Of a DNA stretch of 64,000 nucleotides, positions 49,064 through 58,756 are shown piece after piece (positions within the stretch are counted from its first letter, which is position 1; every line of letters begins with the position of its first letter). This DNA comes from Bryobacteraceae bacterium (GTDB lineage Bacteria > Acidobacteriota > Terriglobia > Bryobacterales > Bryobacteraceae): the NCBI GenBank assembly GCA_035495815.1, contig DATJFH010000011.1, positions 30,441-94,440 of the forward strand. Direction: 5' to 3'. The notes below the pieces were generated by a model. That model did no database searches, was not told the origin of the DNA, and saw nothing but the letters and a program-made list of their open reading frames with translations. The translations under genes were made by a program, and so were the position numbers.

Positions 49064-50593
49064 TCAGTGACGGAAATGACGGACTCCGGTAAACACCATG
49101 GCCAGGTTCAGCCGGTCCGCTGCGGCGATCACCTCTTCATCGCGAACCGACCCGCCGGGCTGAATGATCGCGGTGACGCCATGCCTGGCCGCCTCTTCCA
49201 CGCCATCGGGGAAAGGGAAAAAAGCGTCCGAGCCGACCACCGTGCCGGCCAGCGGCAGGACCGCCTTGGCGGCTCCGATCCGCACCGAATCGACGCGGCT
49301 CATCTGGCCGGCGCCGACTCCCACCGTCTGCCCGGCGCGAGCATAAACGATCGCGTTGGACTTGACGTGCTTGGCAATCTTCCAGGCAAACTCGAGAGCG
49401 GTCCACTCCTGTTCGGCTGGCGGGCGCCTGGTCTTGACCTGGATTTCGGCGCGGGTCAGCCGGTGGACGTCCGGAGTCTGAGCCAGGAAGCCTCCGCTGA
49501 TCGATTTCACGACCAGGCAGTCCCCGCCGGCGGCGACCCTCATCAGGCGCAGGTTCTTCTTGCCGCTGAGTACGGCCAGGGCTTCGGAAGAATAGTCCGG
49601 CGCTGCGATCGCTTCGACAAAGGTCTTAGATACTTCCCGCGCCGTCTCCTCGTCCATCGGCCGGTTGAACGCCAACACGCCGCCGTACGCGGAGACCGGA
49701 TCGCACTCGAAGGCTTTGCGATAGCTCTGCGCCAGCGTCGGCTGCTCGGCGCACCCGCAGGGATTGGTGTGCTTGATGATGGCCGAAGCCGGCTGGTCGA
49801 ATTCCCGCGCCAGAGCCCAGGCGGCGTCGAGATCGACCAGGTTGTTGTAGGAAAGCTCCTTGCCTTGCAACTGCGCCGCGCCCGCGATACCGGCTCCCGG
49901 CGAGCCGTAGAGCGCGGCGCACTGATGCGGATTCTCACCGTAGCGGAGAGCCATCAGCCGCGGAGCGCGCAAATCGAGCAGGGGCGGCAGCGGGCCGGCG
50001 CCGCCGATTTGCGCGAGCCGCGCGCTGATCGCGCGATCGTAATCGGCGGTGGCGCGGAACGCTTTTCGGGCCAGCTCCCAGTGGGTCTCCGCCGACAGCG
50101 AGCCGCCGCCGGCGCGGAGTTCCTCGGCGATCGCATTGTAGTCGGAAGGTGAGACGACCACGGCGACGTCGGCAAAATTCTTGGCGGCAGAGCGGATCAT
50201 GGTGGGGCCGCCGATATCGATGTTCTCGATCAGCTCGGCGATACCGGCGTCCGGATCGGCGGCCACCTTCTCGAACGGATAGAGATTCACCACTACCATA
50301 TCGATCGTGCGGATCGAGTGCGCGGCCAGCGACGCCATGTGCTCCTGCTTACCGCGGACGGCCAGAATACCGCCGGTTATCTTGGGATGCATCGTCTTGA
50401 CGCGGCCGTCGAGCATTTCCGGGAAACCAGTCAGTTCGGATACGTCGTGGACGACGAGTCCGCCCTCGCGCAGGGCTTTCGCCGTGCCACCGGTTGAGAT
50501 CAGTTCGACCCCGAGACCGGCGAGAGCGCGGGCGAAATCGAGAATTCCGGATTTGTCGGTGACACTGAGGAGAGCGGAGGCGATCTTGGGCAT
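49064..50593 (-). CDS. purH: Bifunctional AICAR transformylase / IMP cyclohydrolase
   Basis: 509 aa; 'ALLSVTDKSGI', 'STGGTA', 'GRVKTLHPKI'-type ('GRVKTMHPKITGGIL') motifs. Convergent with the sulfatase. Confidence 0.9.
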   Translation of the reverse strand: MPKIASALLSVTDKSGILDFARALAGLGVELISTGGTAKALREGGLVVHDVSELTGFPEMLDGRVKTMHPKITGGILAVRGKQEHMASLAAHSIRTIDMVVVNLYPFEKVAADPDAGIAELIENIDIGGPTMIRSAAKNFADVAVVVSPSDYNAIAEELRAGGGSLSAETHWELARKAFRATADYDRAISARLAQIGGAGPLPPLLDLRAPRLMALRYGENPHQCAALYGSPGAGIAGAAQLQGKELSYNNLVDLDAAWALAREFDQPASAIIKHTNPCGCAEQPTLAQSYRKAFECDPVSAYGGVLAFNRPMDEETAREVSKTFVEAIAAPDYSSEALAVLSGKKNLRLMRVAAGGDCLVVKSISGGFLAQTPDVHRLTRAEIQVKTRRPPAEQEWTALEFAWKIAKHVKSNAIVYARAGQTVGVGAGQMSRVDSVRIGAAKAVLPLAGTVVGSDAFFPFPDGVEEAARHGVTAIIQPGGSVRDEEVIAAADRLNLAMVFTGVRHFRH

Positions 50594-50793
50594 TCAAGGA
50601 CAAGTTAGCATTTCCGGTGCAGCCCGGCAGCGGAAGCCAGACCGTCCACTGCGTCCGCCCGTTGCCCGGGGGAACGACGTCCGCTACGCCGTCACTCCGG
50701 CGGGGCTGAAGTGAAGAATTTTCCACGCCGGCTCCGACGAAGCATGCGCGATGAACCGATCGCGGCCGGCGATTTCAATCCTTTAGAAAACAT

Positions 50794-50821
50794 TTCACAG
50801 CTGCCACGTTCAGGGTATAAT
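50794..50821 (+). promoter_or_regulatory. Candidate sigma70-like promoter TTCACA-16-TATAAT (with GGTATAATTCA extended motif) for the 50838 gene
   Basis: atTTCACAgctgccacgttcagggTATAATtcacctaatcgagcaaATG. The -10 ends 16 nt before the ATG, implying a very short leader. Same 11-mer as at 23123. Confidence 0.4.
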
Positions 50822-50837
50822 TCACCTAATCGAGCAA

Positions 50838-52454
50838 ATGATGCGCACTGCGCCGATTTCGCGGGCCCTATGCCTGGCGCTACTGGCGGCTGCGTGCGGA
50901 CGGGCGCAGACCGTGGCGGCGGGAGCTCGCGCCCTGGTTGCCGCCGACACGCTTCCGGTTTATGGCGCAATGTCGGGAACCGCGGAGGTCAAGCTTACCC
51001 TCAAGCGTGGCGAGGTTGTGGTAATCGGGCTGGTCCTGTTCGGCGAGGACGTCACCTGGTGCGCTCTTTCGAGACCGGGCCAGAGCAAACGGCTGGGTTT
51101 CGCATCGTGCGAGTTTCTGGAGCCGGACCGCGGCCAGGGGGGAGCGGCGCAGGCCCCGCCGGCCGTAGAGGCGCAACCGCCGGCGGCTGCTCCACCGGCT
51201 GCAGTGAGATCGCAGCCGATTCCGGTTCGTGATCTCCCCGCCGCTCCGCTAGTCGTGCGCGAAGTAACCGCGCCTGGCCCGCCGCCTCCAACCAAAACTC
51301 AAACCCCGGCGCTCCGGGGCGATCCACCTCATGCGGATCCGCGTCCGGCGAGCGATCCTCGCGCCGCGCCGCGAGTTCCAGAGGAGCCGAGCGGCGCGCC
51401 CGCGGTCACCCCTCGGGTAAGGGAAACTCCGCGCGCCATTTCGTCTCCTGCCCCGGCCGTGGTTATCGAGGCGCCGCCCGCGGTTCCCTTCTCTTCCACG
51501 GCCCGCATCCCCGAGCCGCCAGGCGCGGCGCCGCCTCCGGAGCCCGCCCCGGTTCGTGAGGCTCCGCTGCCAAATCCGGATCCGTCTGCGGCAACAAAAA
51601 TCGTCCCCGAAACACGTTCCCCGCCGCCACCGGCCACGGAGCCCGTTCGAGAAGCTCCAGCTTCCGCACCCGATTTTGTGGAGACGCTGCTTGACGGCTC
51701 GGGCCTTCGTGTTTCTTTGGAGGCTTATATCCAGTCCACTTCGCTGCCGGCGTTTCTCGACAAATCGCGTCTGGCCGAGCTCGAAACAGCGGCGCTCGAG
51801 CGTACACTGGCGGAGCGGTTCCAGGCGGAGGCGTTTTACAGCGCCATCGGCGGGCGGATCCGGAACAGCTATTCCGCCGAGCGCCTCGCGGACATCGCCG
51901 CATGGCTGACGTCTCCAACAATGAAGAAGCTTTCCGCTCTCGAACGAAGGGCGCTGTCACCGGAAGCCCGCGACCGGCTGGTGACATTCGCCGGAGGGCT
52001 TCGCGACTCACCCCCGACCCAGGAGCGTCTCATTCTGATCCACCGCATCTATGAGTCGATTCGGACCTGCGACATGGAAGTCGAGACGACGATCGCGCTT
52101 GTCCACACCGTAGCCCAGGCCATCGGACCCGCGCTCCCCAAAGAAAAGCGCTACGGAGCTGCGGAACTCGACCGAGCCCTGGGAGCCGTCAAATCGAAAT
52201 ATCGGTCCATCATGAAAAATGCCCGAATCGTACGCTATTTATTCGCGTACCAAACGGCGTCGGACGCAGAACTCGGACAGTATGTTCAGTTTCTGGAATC
52301 GGAGAGCGGGAAATGGCTGGTGTCGCTGGTAGACAAAGGCTTTTACGACGCCACCGAATCGATATCGCGCAACCTGCGAGCGGATATACCGCGTAACGTC
52401 AAGGCTAAGCGTCGTTTACCGGCCGAAAATACGGGGAAAGGCTTATTGCCCTGA
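50838..52454 (+). CDS. Secreted protein: N-terminal SH3b-like domain, ~200-aa proline-rich linker, C-terminal DUF2059-like domain
   Basis: 538 aa; signal 'LCLALLAAACGRAQT'. 'GEVVVIGLVLFGEDVTWCALSRPG...GFASCEFL' SH3-like. Low-complexity P/A-rich 120-330. C-terminus has two 'W/F-L-x-SP/ES-x-x-G-K' repeats ('AAWLTSPTMKKL', 'VQFLESESGKWL') reminiscent of DUF2059. Confidence 0.4.
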   Translation: MMRTAPISRALCLALLAAACGRAQTVAAGARALVAADTLPVYGAMSGTAEVKLTLKRGEVVVIGLVLFGEDVTWCALSRPGQSKRLGFASCEFLEPDRGQGGAAQAPPAVEAQPPAAAPPAAVRSQPIPVRDLPAAPLVVREVTAPGPPPPTKTQTPALRGDPPHADPRPASDPRAAPRVPEEPSGAPAVTPRVRETPRAISSPAPAVVIEAPPAVPFSSTARIPEPPGAAPPPEPAPVREAPLPNPDPSAATKIVPETRSPPPPATEPVREAPASAPDFVETLLDGSGLRVSLEAYIQSTSLPAFLDKSRLAELETAALERTLAERFQAEAFYSAIGGRIRNSYSAERLADIAAWLTSPTMKKLSALERRALSPEARDRLVTFAGGLRDSPPTQERLILIHRIYESIRTCDMEVETTIALVHTVAQAIGPALPKEKRYGAAELDRALGAVKSKYRSIMKNARIVRYLFAYQTASDAELGQYVQFLESESGKWLVSLVDKGFYDATESISRNLRADIPRNVKAKRRLPAENTGKGLLP

Positions 52455-52491
52455 GACCTACTTCCTGTTGTACTGAGAATAAGCCGATCCA

Positions 52492-53211
52492 ATGAAAAAG
52501 AAACTTGTTCCATTACTGGGGATCGCGTTCGTAGTAGCCATCATCTCGACCGGCATCTTTTACGGGCTGTTCGTAGGAAGGCTGAAGAGCGCAACCGCTT
52601 CGGGGCCTTCGATTGTAGTGGCTGGCCGCGCGCTCGAACGCGGCGCCACACTGCAGCCTTCCGACGTAAAACTGGTGGTTTGGGGAGTCCCGGAGATGCC
52701 TGCCGGGGCGATGACGGCGCTGAGCCAGGCCAACGGTCTGACGCTGCTGGCGGCGGTACAGGAGAACGAGCCAATATTGCAGTCGCGGGTCGCCTCGCGG
52801 CAAAACGGCTCGGGAGCCGGGTTGGGTATCTCCCCCGGCATGCGCGCAGTTTCGATTCACGCCACTGATTCCAGCGGCGTAGTGAGTCTCCTGCGGCCCG
52901 GACACAAGGTGGACGTTCAACTGGTGCTGACGCAACCGTCCGGCCTGCCTGAATTACGGACCATTCTCCAGGACATCGAAGTGCTTTCGGTCAACACGAC
53001 CGGTGACAACCGCAGCAATAACAACCCGGTGGTGACACTGTTGATCAATCCGGAAGGCGCCGACATGGCCGGTCTGGGCGATTCGGCCGCTCACCTCAGG
53101 CTGGTGCTGCGAAACCCGCTGGACGACGCGCAGCCGGATCTCAAGCGCGTCACGCTGCCGCAGATGCTGCAGTCTGCGGGAGGTCCGCCGGCCCGGACGG
53201 CGAAGAAATAA
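52492..53211 (+). CDS. cpaB: Flp pilus assembly protein CpaB/RcpC
   Basis: 239 aa; N-terminal TM then 'IVVAGRALERGATL...DVKLV' SAF/RcpC fold. Confidence 0.7.
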   Translation: MKKKLVPLLGIAFVVAIISTGIFYGLFVGRLKSATASGPSIVVAGRALERGATLQPSDVKLVVWGVPEMPAGAMTALSQANGLTLLAAVQENEPILQSRVASRQNGSGAGLGISPGMRAVSIHATDSSGVVSLLRPGHKVDVQLVLTQPSGLPELRTILQDIEVLSVNTTGDNRSNNNPVVTLLINPEGADMAGLGDSAAHLRLVLRNPLDDAQPDLKRVTLPQMLQSAGGPPARTAKK

Positions 53212-53215
53212 CCCG

Positions 53216-54172
53216 ATGTTGATTCTATTCGTGCTGGTGATGTTCGTCTCGACCTTCCTGCTGGCGTCGGTTGCGGTGGTGATTGCCTCCCGCGTATTGG
53301 ACCGCCGGCGGCAGGCGGCGGGCGCGCCGGCCGAGACCGCCGGATTCGACGAAGCTCCAGCCCTCCTCAAACTGGAGGAGCTGAGCTCCATCAGTCTCTG
53401 GGACAATCTGCTCACTCGCTTCGATTTCATGGAAAAGATGCGGGCCAAGATCGCCGAGGCCAATCTGTCGTGGTCCGTGGGACGGCTCACCTCACTGATG
53501 CTGTTGATCGGCGCCTTCACGATGGCCGTCCTCTCGAGCGTGAGCTGGATGCCCTTCTGGCTGAGTTTTGCGCTGGCCGGCGCGGCCGCCGCTGCGCCCT
53601 ATTTGTACGTGCTCAGGCGCCGCGCGAAGCGGCTCGCTGAATTCGAGAAAACTTTCCCCGATGCGCTGGATTTTCTGGCGCGGTCACTGCGGGCAGGCCA
53701 TCCTTTGCCGGTCGCGCTGGAACTCCTTTCAACGGATGAACCGGACCCGTTGGCGGCGGAGATGCGAAAGACGGCCGATGAAAGAAAACTCGGAATGCCT
53801 CTCGATCAGGCATTGAGCAATCTTTCGAAGCGCGTCCCGCTGCTCAACGTGCGGATCTTCGTGGCGGCGGTCAGGCTTCAAAGCCGGGCGGGAGGAAAGC
53901 TGAGCGACGTCCTCAACAACCTGTCGGAGCAGATGAGGGAGGCCTACGCCGTCGAGGGCGAAGTCCAGTCGCTTGCCGCGCACGGGCGAATGACCGGGTC
54001 CGTCCTGACCGTGATGCCGGTGATCATCGCCACGCTGATGACGATCGTGAACCCGGGCTACTTGAATATTCTGTTCGAGAATGAGACGGGGAAGACTCTG
54101 GTGATTATTTGCGGCATCGCCCTGGTGGCGGCGCACATCGTGATTCGCAAGATTGTCAGGATACGATTATGA
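53216..54172 (+). CDS. tadB: Flp pilus assembly membrane protein TadB (T2SS-F family)
   Basis: 318 aa; T2SSF-type repeat 'FPDALDFLARSLRAGHPLPVALE' with flanking TM helices. Confidence 0.7.
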   Translation: MLILFVLVMFVSTFLLASVAVVIASRVLDRRRQAAGAPAETAGFDEAPALLKLEELSSISLWDNLLTRFDFMEKMRAKIAEANLSWSVGRLTSLMLLIGAFTMAVLSSVSWMPFWLSFALAGAAAAAPYLYVLRRRAKRLAEFEKTFPDALDFLARSLRAGHPLPVALELLSTDEPDPLAAEMRKTADERKLGMPLDQALSNLSKRVPLLNVRIFVAAVRLQSRAGGKLSDVLNNLSEQMREAYAVEGEVQSLAAHGRMTGSVLTVMPVIIATLMTIVNPGYLNILFENETGKTLVIICGIALVAAHIVIRKIVRIRL

Positions 54173-55077
54173 GCGAGCTCGGCATTCTGGCCGCGTTTTT
54201 CGTTTTCGTGATGACGGCGATAACACTGGCGGGCTATGCTCTCACCCAAAAGGGCGAGCCGAAAGCGGCGGCGGACTCGCCGGTGCTGGGAGAGCCGGAG
54301 TTGCCGCGCGCGCGGGCGATACTGGCACAGGCTCTGCGGCGTGTGGGCGAGACGGTGCCCAGCGGGAAAGCGGACAGCAAATCGACACGGAGCCTGCTGC
54401 TTGCGGCCGGGTACCGTTATCCGTCCGCTGTCCAGATTCTCTCCGGAGTCAAATTCGCTCTGGCCGCGGCGCTGGGAGCCGCCGTCGCCGCCGTGGGTCT
54501 GTGGAACGGCCAGGACATCGCGGTGGCGCTGCTGGGGGCGATCTGCGGCGGCGGCTTCGGCTTCCTGCTTCCCGAGTTCATCCTGAAAAAGATGGTACAG
54601 GCGCGATTGGCGCGGATTCGAAGAGGAATTCCCGTCGCGCTGGATCTGCTCACGTTGAGTGTGGAAGCGGGGCAGGCGTTGAATCAGGCGATCGTGGAGA
54701 CCAGCCTGGAGCTGCACGAAGCGCATCCGGATCTGAGCGACGAGCTGGCGCAGGTCAACCTGGAGCTGAGGGCGGGCAAGAGCCGGGCCGAAGCGCTGAT
54801 GCAGCTCGGAGTCCGCAACGGCGACCCGGAGTTGAAGCGGCTTTCGAGCCTGCTCATCGACAGCGACCGGTTCGGCACGAGCCTGGGTCCAGCGCTGCGC
54901 ACGCACGCCAAATATCTGCGCACGCGCATGCGGCAGCAGGCCCAGGAGTCCGCCAGGAAGGTCAGCGCCAAGCTGATTTTTCCGGTCTTCTTCCTGATCT
55001 TCCCCTCCGTTCTAATGGTCACGCTGGGACCGGCCGTGCTCCACATGATGAAGCACTTCACCGAAATGGTGAAGTGA
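54169..55077 (+). CDS. tadC: Flp pilus assembly membrane protein TadC (T2SS-F family)
   Basis: ORF track 54109..55077. Likely start ATG 54169 (MSELGILAAFFVFV), overlapping the tadB stop (ATGA). 'IPVALDLLTLSVEAGQALNQAI' T2SSF motif. Confidence 0.7.
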   Translation: MSELGILAAFFVFVMTAITLAGYALTQKGEPKAAADSPVLGEPELPRARAILAQALRRVGETVPSGKADSKSTRSLLLAAGYRYPSAVQILSGVKFALAAALGAAVAAVGLWNGQDIAVALLGAICGGGFGFLLPEFILKKMVQARLARIRRGIPVALDLLTLSVEAGQALNQAIVETSLELHEAHPDLSDELAQVNLELRAGKSRAEALMQLGVRNGDPELKRLSSLLIDSDRFGTSLGPALRTHAKYLRTRMRQQAQESARKVSAKLIFPVFFLIFPSVLMVTLGPAVLHMMKHFTEMVK

Positions 55078-55106
55078 AGTAGAAGCGCGGCGAAACAGTC
55101 ACCTTT

Positions 55107-56240
55107 TTACGTGTGACCTTCCGACCTTTGACTTTCCTTTATCACGTTCAGCCCGCGCATCGCCGCTTCCGCCGCGTCCAGATACCCGCGGGTGTCCTGG
55201 AACGGGCGGATCCATTCGATGTACCGTTCGACGGTCCGCTCGAGCGGGACCTCCGCGCTCCATCCGAGCGCTCGCAAGGCCGTGATGTCGCTGACGGTGT
55301 GACGGGTGTCGCCGACCCGAAACTGTCCTGAGATGACCGGCTCCAGACTGCTGCCGGCCACGCGCAGCACGAGACGGGCGAAGTCGAGTACAGTGACCGC
55401 TCTACCGGGCCCGACATTGAATACGCGGTAATCGGCTTCCGGACTCTCCATCAGCAGAACGTTGGCGCGGGCAACGTCGCTCACGTCGATGAAATCGCGC
55501 AATTGCATGCCGTCCTCGTAGACGACCGGCGGAAGTCCGTTGAGAATGCGCAGAGCAAAGATGCGGCAGATGCCGGAATAGGCGTTATAAAACGAATTTC
55601 GCGGCCCTTGCACATAGGTGTAGCGCACACTTGTCGAAGGAATCCCGTAGCGCCGGCCGAGGTTCAAAGCCAGCAGTTCGACGGCATACTTCGAGATTCC
55701 GTAGGCGGTATGCGGATTCGAGGTCCTCTCGTCTATCGGCAAGGGGTCGAGACAAGAGCCGCACTCGGGGCAGCGCGATTCCCAATCGCCGCGTTCGAGC
55801 TGCGCCAGCGGACGCGGGCCGGGATAGACCACTCCGTGTCCGGGGCAGCGATACTTCCCTTCCCCGGCGACCGCCTGGGAAGCCGCCACGACCACCTTCC
55901 GCACCGGCAGCCCGCGCCCCAGGATCAGCTCGTAGAGCAGCGCAGTGCTTTCGGCGTTGATGTGCAGAAAACGGCTGAAATCCGGCATGTAGTCCTGATA
56001 GGCGGCCAGATGCAGGACGGAATCCACGCCCTCGAGCGCCGGGAGCAGGTCGGCGGGATTCTGGACCTCGCCCTGCCGGAAATCCACCGCCGCGGGAAGG
56101 TAGTCCGGCTTGCCCAGGGGATGGACGCGGGGTTGCAGCGAGTCGAGCACCCTCACCTGGTAACCTTTCTCCAACAGCAAATCCACCGTATGGGAGCCGA
56201 TGAACCCGGCCCCGCCGGTGACCAGGACCCTGTCCTTCAT
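55107..56240 (-). CDS. NAD-dependent epimerase/dehydratase (extended SDR) with a Cys4/His zinc-ribbon insertion
   Basis: 377 aa; 'VLVTGGAGFIGSH' and catalytic 'YGISKYA' (YxxxK). About 40-aa insertion 'KYRCPGHGVVYP...ESRCPECGSC' between them. Head of the heptose cassette. Confidence 0.75.
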   Translation of the reverse strand: MKDRVLVTGGAGFIGSHTVDLLLEKGYQVRVLDSLQPRVHPLGKPDYLPAAVDFRQGEVQNPADLLPALEGVDSVLHLAAYQDYMPDFSRFLHINAESTALLYELILGRGLPVRKVVVAASQAVAGEGKYRCPGHGVVYPGPRPLAQLERGDWESRCPECGSCLDPLPIDERTSNPHTAYGISKYAVELLALNLGRRYGIPSTSVRYTYVQGPRNSFYNAYSGICRIFALRILNGLPPVVYEDGMQLRDFIDVSDVARANVLLMESPEADYRVFNVGPGRAVTVLDFARLVLRVAGSSLEPVISGQFRVGDTRHTVSDITALRALGWSAEVPLERTVERYIEWIRPFQDTRGYLDAAEAAMRGLNVIKESQRSEGHT

Positions 56241-57061
56241 ACCTTCAGGACCCGGCGTAGCGTGTAGGCCTCGGGGTGCATGTTGGAATCGCGCAGTTTT
56301 TTCCAGTCGTCGTTGACGTGAATGAGCTTGCCGCTGACGTGGTTTGAACGGTCGGAGGCCAGGAACATCGCCAGTTCGACCTGCTTCGCCGGGGCGACGC
56401 CGCCGGTCAGGCGAATGTTCTCGGCTTCATCGATTTCCTTTTGTCCCGCTTTCAGGTGAGCGCGCAGGATCTCGTCGGTCATACTGGTGTAGGATCCGCC
56501 CGGAGCCATGCAGTTGACCTGGATATTGTGATCGCGAACCTCCTCGGCAACGGTTTCGACGAGGCGCACCACGGCGGCTTTCGACGCCGCGTAGGCCGAG
56601 AAGTTCGGCCGCGCATAGGCGGCGCCCCCACCGCCGAGGACGATGATCTTTCCCGAGCGGCGCTCGATCATGCCTGGGAGCGCCGCCTGACAGGCGTGCA
56701 TCACCCCCACCAGGTTCACGGCGATCGTCTCGGCCCAGAGATTGGCCTTGGCTTCGACGAGCGGGCCGATCGGACCTTGGGTTCCGGCGGCGGCGATGAG
56801 GATATCGACCGAGCCGTAATGTACCTTCATGCGGTCGACGGCGGCGCAGATCTGCTCGAGGTCGCGCACGTCGGCGCGAAAACGGAGCGCCGTGCCACCG
56901 GCGTGCTCGATTTCGAGCTTGGCCAGATCGAGCTCCGCTTTGCTGCGCGCCAGCAGCCCCACCCGCGCGCCGGCGGCGGCGAAGCCCAGGGCAAGACGCT
57001 TTCCGATCCCCCTGCTTCCTCCGGTGATGAGCACTCCCTTGTTCTTTATGGATGTGTGCAA
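56237..57061 (-). CDS. Short-chain dehydrogenase/reductase (classical SDR)
   Basis: 274 aa; 'VLITGGSRGIGK', 'NAAG'-type ('IAAAG'), 'YAASKAAV' catalytic Tyr/Lys. Confidence 0.8.
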   Translation of the reverse strand: MHTSIKNKGVLITGGSRGIGKRLALGFAAAGARVGLLARSKAELDLAKLEIEHAGGTALRFRADVRDLEQICAAVDRMKVHYGSVDILIAAAGTQGPIGPLVEAKANLWAETIAVNLVGVMHACQAALPGMIERRSGKIIVLGGGGAAYARPNFSAYAASKAAVVRLVETVAEEVRDHNIQVNCMAPGGSYTSMTDEILRAHLKAGQKEIDEAENIRLTGGVAPAKQVELAMFLASDRSNHVSGKLIHVNDDWKKLRDSNMHPEAYTLRRVLKV

Positions 57062-57657
57062 TTGGCAATCTTCTCTTTCAAACAGAACGTGATCAGGTGT
57101 TCGAGCACGAGATGGAACGACTCCACCTGCGGCGTCGAGGGGAACGGCACAGTCAGGCAGATATCGGCCACCTCGCGAAACGCTCCTCCATCGAAACCGC
57201 TGAACCCGACAACCGTAGCTTGAAACTCTTCCCGGGCGACCTGCATGGCGCGCAGGAGATTCTGCGACCAGAGCCCGGCGCGGTCCGATCCGCTTCCACC
57301 GTGAACGCTGATGCCGATCAGCACGTCCCTGGGCCGCATCAGGCTGCGCACCTGCTCGCTGAAAATATGGGCGAAGCCTTCGTCGTTGGTGAGCGCGCTG
57401 ATCAACGCGGGATTATCGCAAAGCGAGATGGCGCGCAGGCGCGGCTTGCCGCTGCAAATCGTGACCTTGGAGAGATCGCAGGCGAAGTGCGTGGCGGTGG
57501 ACGCCGATCCGCCGTTACCCATGAGAAACACGGTGTGCCCGCTGCGCCAGGCGGCAAACAGGATTTCGATTACGCGGTCGATGTCCTGGCGGGAGATCGT
57601 GTCCTCGATCCGCCGCATGTCCGCGAAATACCGTTCGATGAAGGGGCCGTTCAGCAT
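57046..57657 (-). CDS. gmhA: D-sedoheptulose 7-phosphate isomerase (SIS domain)
   Basis: 203 aa; 'VFLMGNGGSASTATHFACD', 'LIGISVHGGS' phosphoheptose-isomerase motifs. Confidence 0.75.
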   Translation of the reverse strand: MLNGPFIERYFADMRRIEDTISRQDIDRVIEILFAAWRSGHTVFLMGNGGSASTATHFACDLSKVTICSGKPRLRAISLCDNPALISALTNDEGFAHIFSEQVRSLMRPRDVLIGISVHGGSGSDRAGLWSQNLLRAMQVAREEFQATVVGFSGFDGGAFREVADICLTVPFPSTPQVESFHLVLEHLITFCLKEKIANCTHP

Positions 57658-58709
57658 GCGGTCTCTGCGCCGGCGGCGTCCGCTCGAAGACGTGCATCGT
57701 GATCCCGGTACTGCTCGCCGCTCAGCAGATCCATCAAGATTTTACTCCCCTCGAAGTCTATTCGAAAGCGCATCTCGCGCAGTCCCTCGGCTTGCATGGC
57801 GCGGCGCAGCTCCTTCTTTCCTTCCTCGGCGTAAAAGAGAAAGAAACCGCCTCCGCCGGCGCCGGAAATCTTACCACCCAGGGCGCCATGAGCGCGGGCG
57901 ATGTCGTACAGGCGGTCGATACGCCGGCTGGCGATTCCAGCGCCTAGCTTTTTCTTGGCCCGCCAGTGCTCGTCGAGCATTTCCCCGAAGCGGCGCACGT
58001 TGCCGCGCTTCAGGTGCGTGTAGATCTCCAGACCGATCTCCTTGATTTGAGAGTAATACCCGGCAACCGCCGACGAGTCTTGCTCCAGGTCGCGGGTTTG
58101 CTCGGCCAGGATCTGCTCCGTCGACCGGGACAAGCCGGTGTAGAAAAGGAGCACGCGGCTTTCGAGGTCCTCCAGACATTCCGGTGACAAGGTCAGCGAC
58201 TCGACGTCCACCGCCCCATCGGGGGCGATGTGGAGCGCCGTCACTCCGCCATAGGCCGCCAGGTACTGGTCCTGTTTGCCGATGGGCTTTTTCAGGATAT
58301 CGAGCTCGATATGGCAAGCTTCTTCGGCCAGCTCCTGCCGCGTCATGGGACGGCGGCTGAGGGTGTGGAGGGCGTTCAGTAATCCCACCAGGTAGCAGCT
58401 TGACGAGCCGAGCCCTGTGCCGGCCGGAACATCGGCCATGGAAATGACTTCCACGGCGCGGCGGATTCCGAACAGCCGCAAGGCTTCGCGGCAGAGCGTG
58501 TGCTGCAGCTCGGAAACATCCTCTACCATCTCCGATTTGGAGTATTTGACACGCACCAGGTCGTCCACGATGGGCGTGTTGAGGTATATGAACATGTACT
58601 TGTTGAGGGCGGCGGCGAGGACAAATCCGCCGTGTCTCGAGTAGTAGCCCGGCAGGTCCGTCCCGCCCCCGCCCAGAGTGATCCGGAACGGCGTACGTGT
58701 AATCAGCAT
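57651..58709 (-). CDS. hddA: GHMP-family sugar kinase, D-glycero-alpha-D-manno-heptose 7-phosphate kinase (HddA)-like
   Basis: 352 aa; 'RTPFRITLGGGGTD' N-terminus, 'PAGTGLGSSSC' GHMP ATP-binding motif, C-terminal 'GGKISGAGGGGF'. Confidence 0.7.
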   Translation of the reverse strand: MLITRTPFRITLGGGGTDLPGYYSRHGGFVLAAALNKYMFIYLNTPIVDDLVRVKYSKSEMVEDVSELQHTLCREALRLFGIRRAVEVISMADVPAGTGLGSSSCYLVGLLNALHTLSRRPMTRQELAEEACHIELDILKKPIGKQDQYLAAYGGVTALHIAPDGAVDVESLTLSPECLEDLESRVLLFYTGLSRSTEQILAEQTRDLEQDSSAVAGYYSQIKEIGLEIYTHLKRGNVRRFGEMLDEHWRAKKKLGAGIASRRIDRLYDIARAHGALGGKISGAGGGGFFLFYAEEGKKELRRAMQAEGLREMRFRIDFEGSKILMDLLSGEQYRDHDARLRADAAGAETAC

Positions 58710-58756
58710 GGGACGGTTTCATGCTATCAGGGAAAGGACACGCGGGTCGCGCCGGG

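Noticed and set aside
49057-49077. Imperfect inverted repeat ATTTTCGTCA..TGACGGAAAT at the purH 3' end, possibly a bidirectional terminator
   Set aside because: It overlaps the last purH codons, the stem has a mismatch, and there is no flanking U-tract on the purH side. Retained only as a weak possibility.
51100-51700. Repetitive proline/alanine-rich coding DNA that might be mistaken for a tandem repeat or CRISPR-like array
   Set aside because: Repeats are imperfect, in-frame and encode a low-complexity linker of the 50838..52454 protein. There are no spacer/repeat periodicity and no cas genes anywhere in the window.
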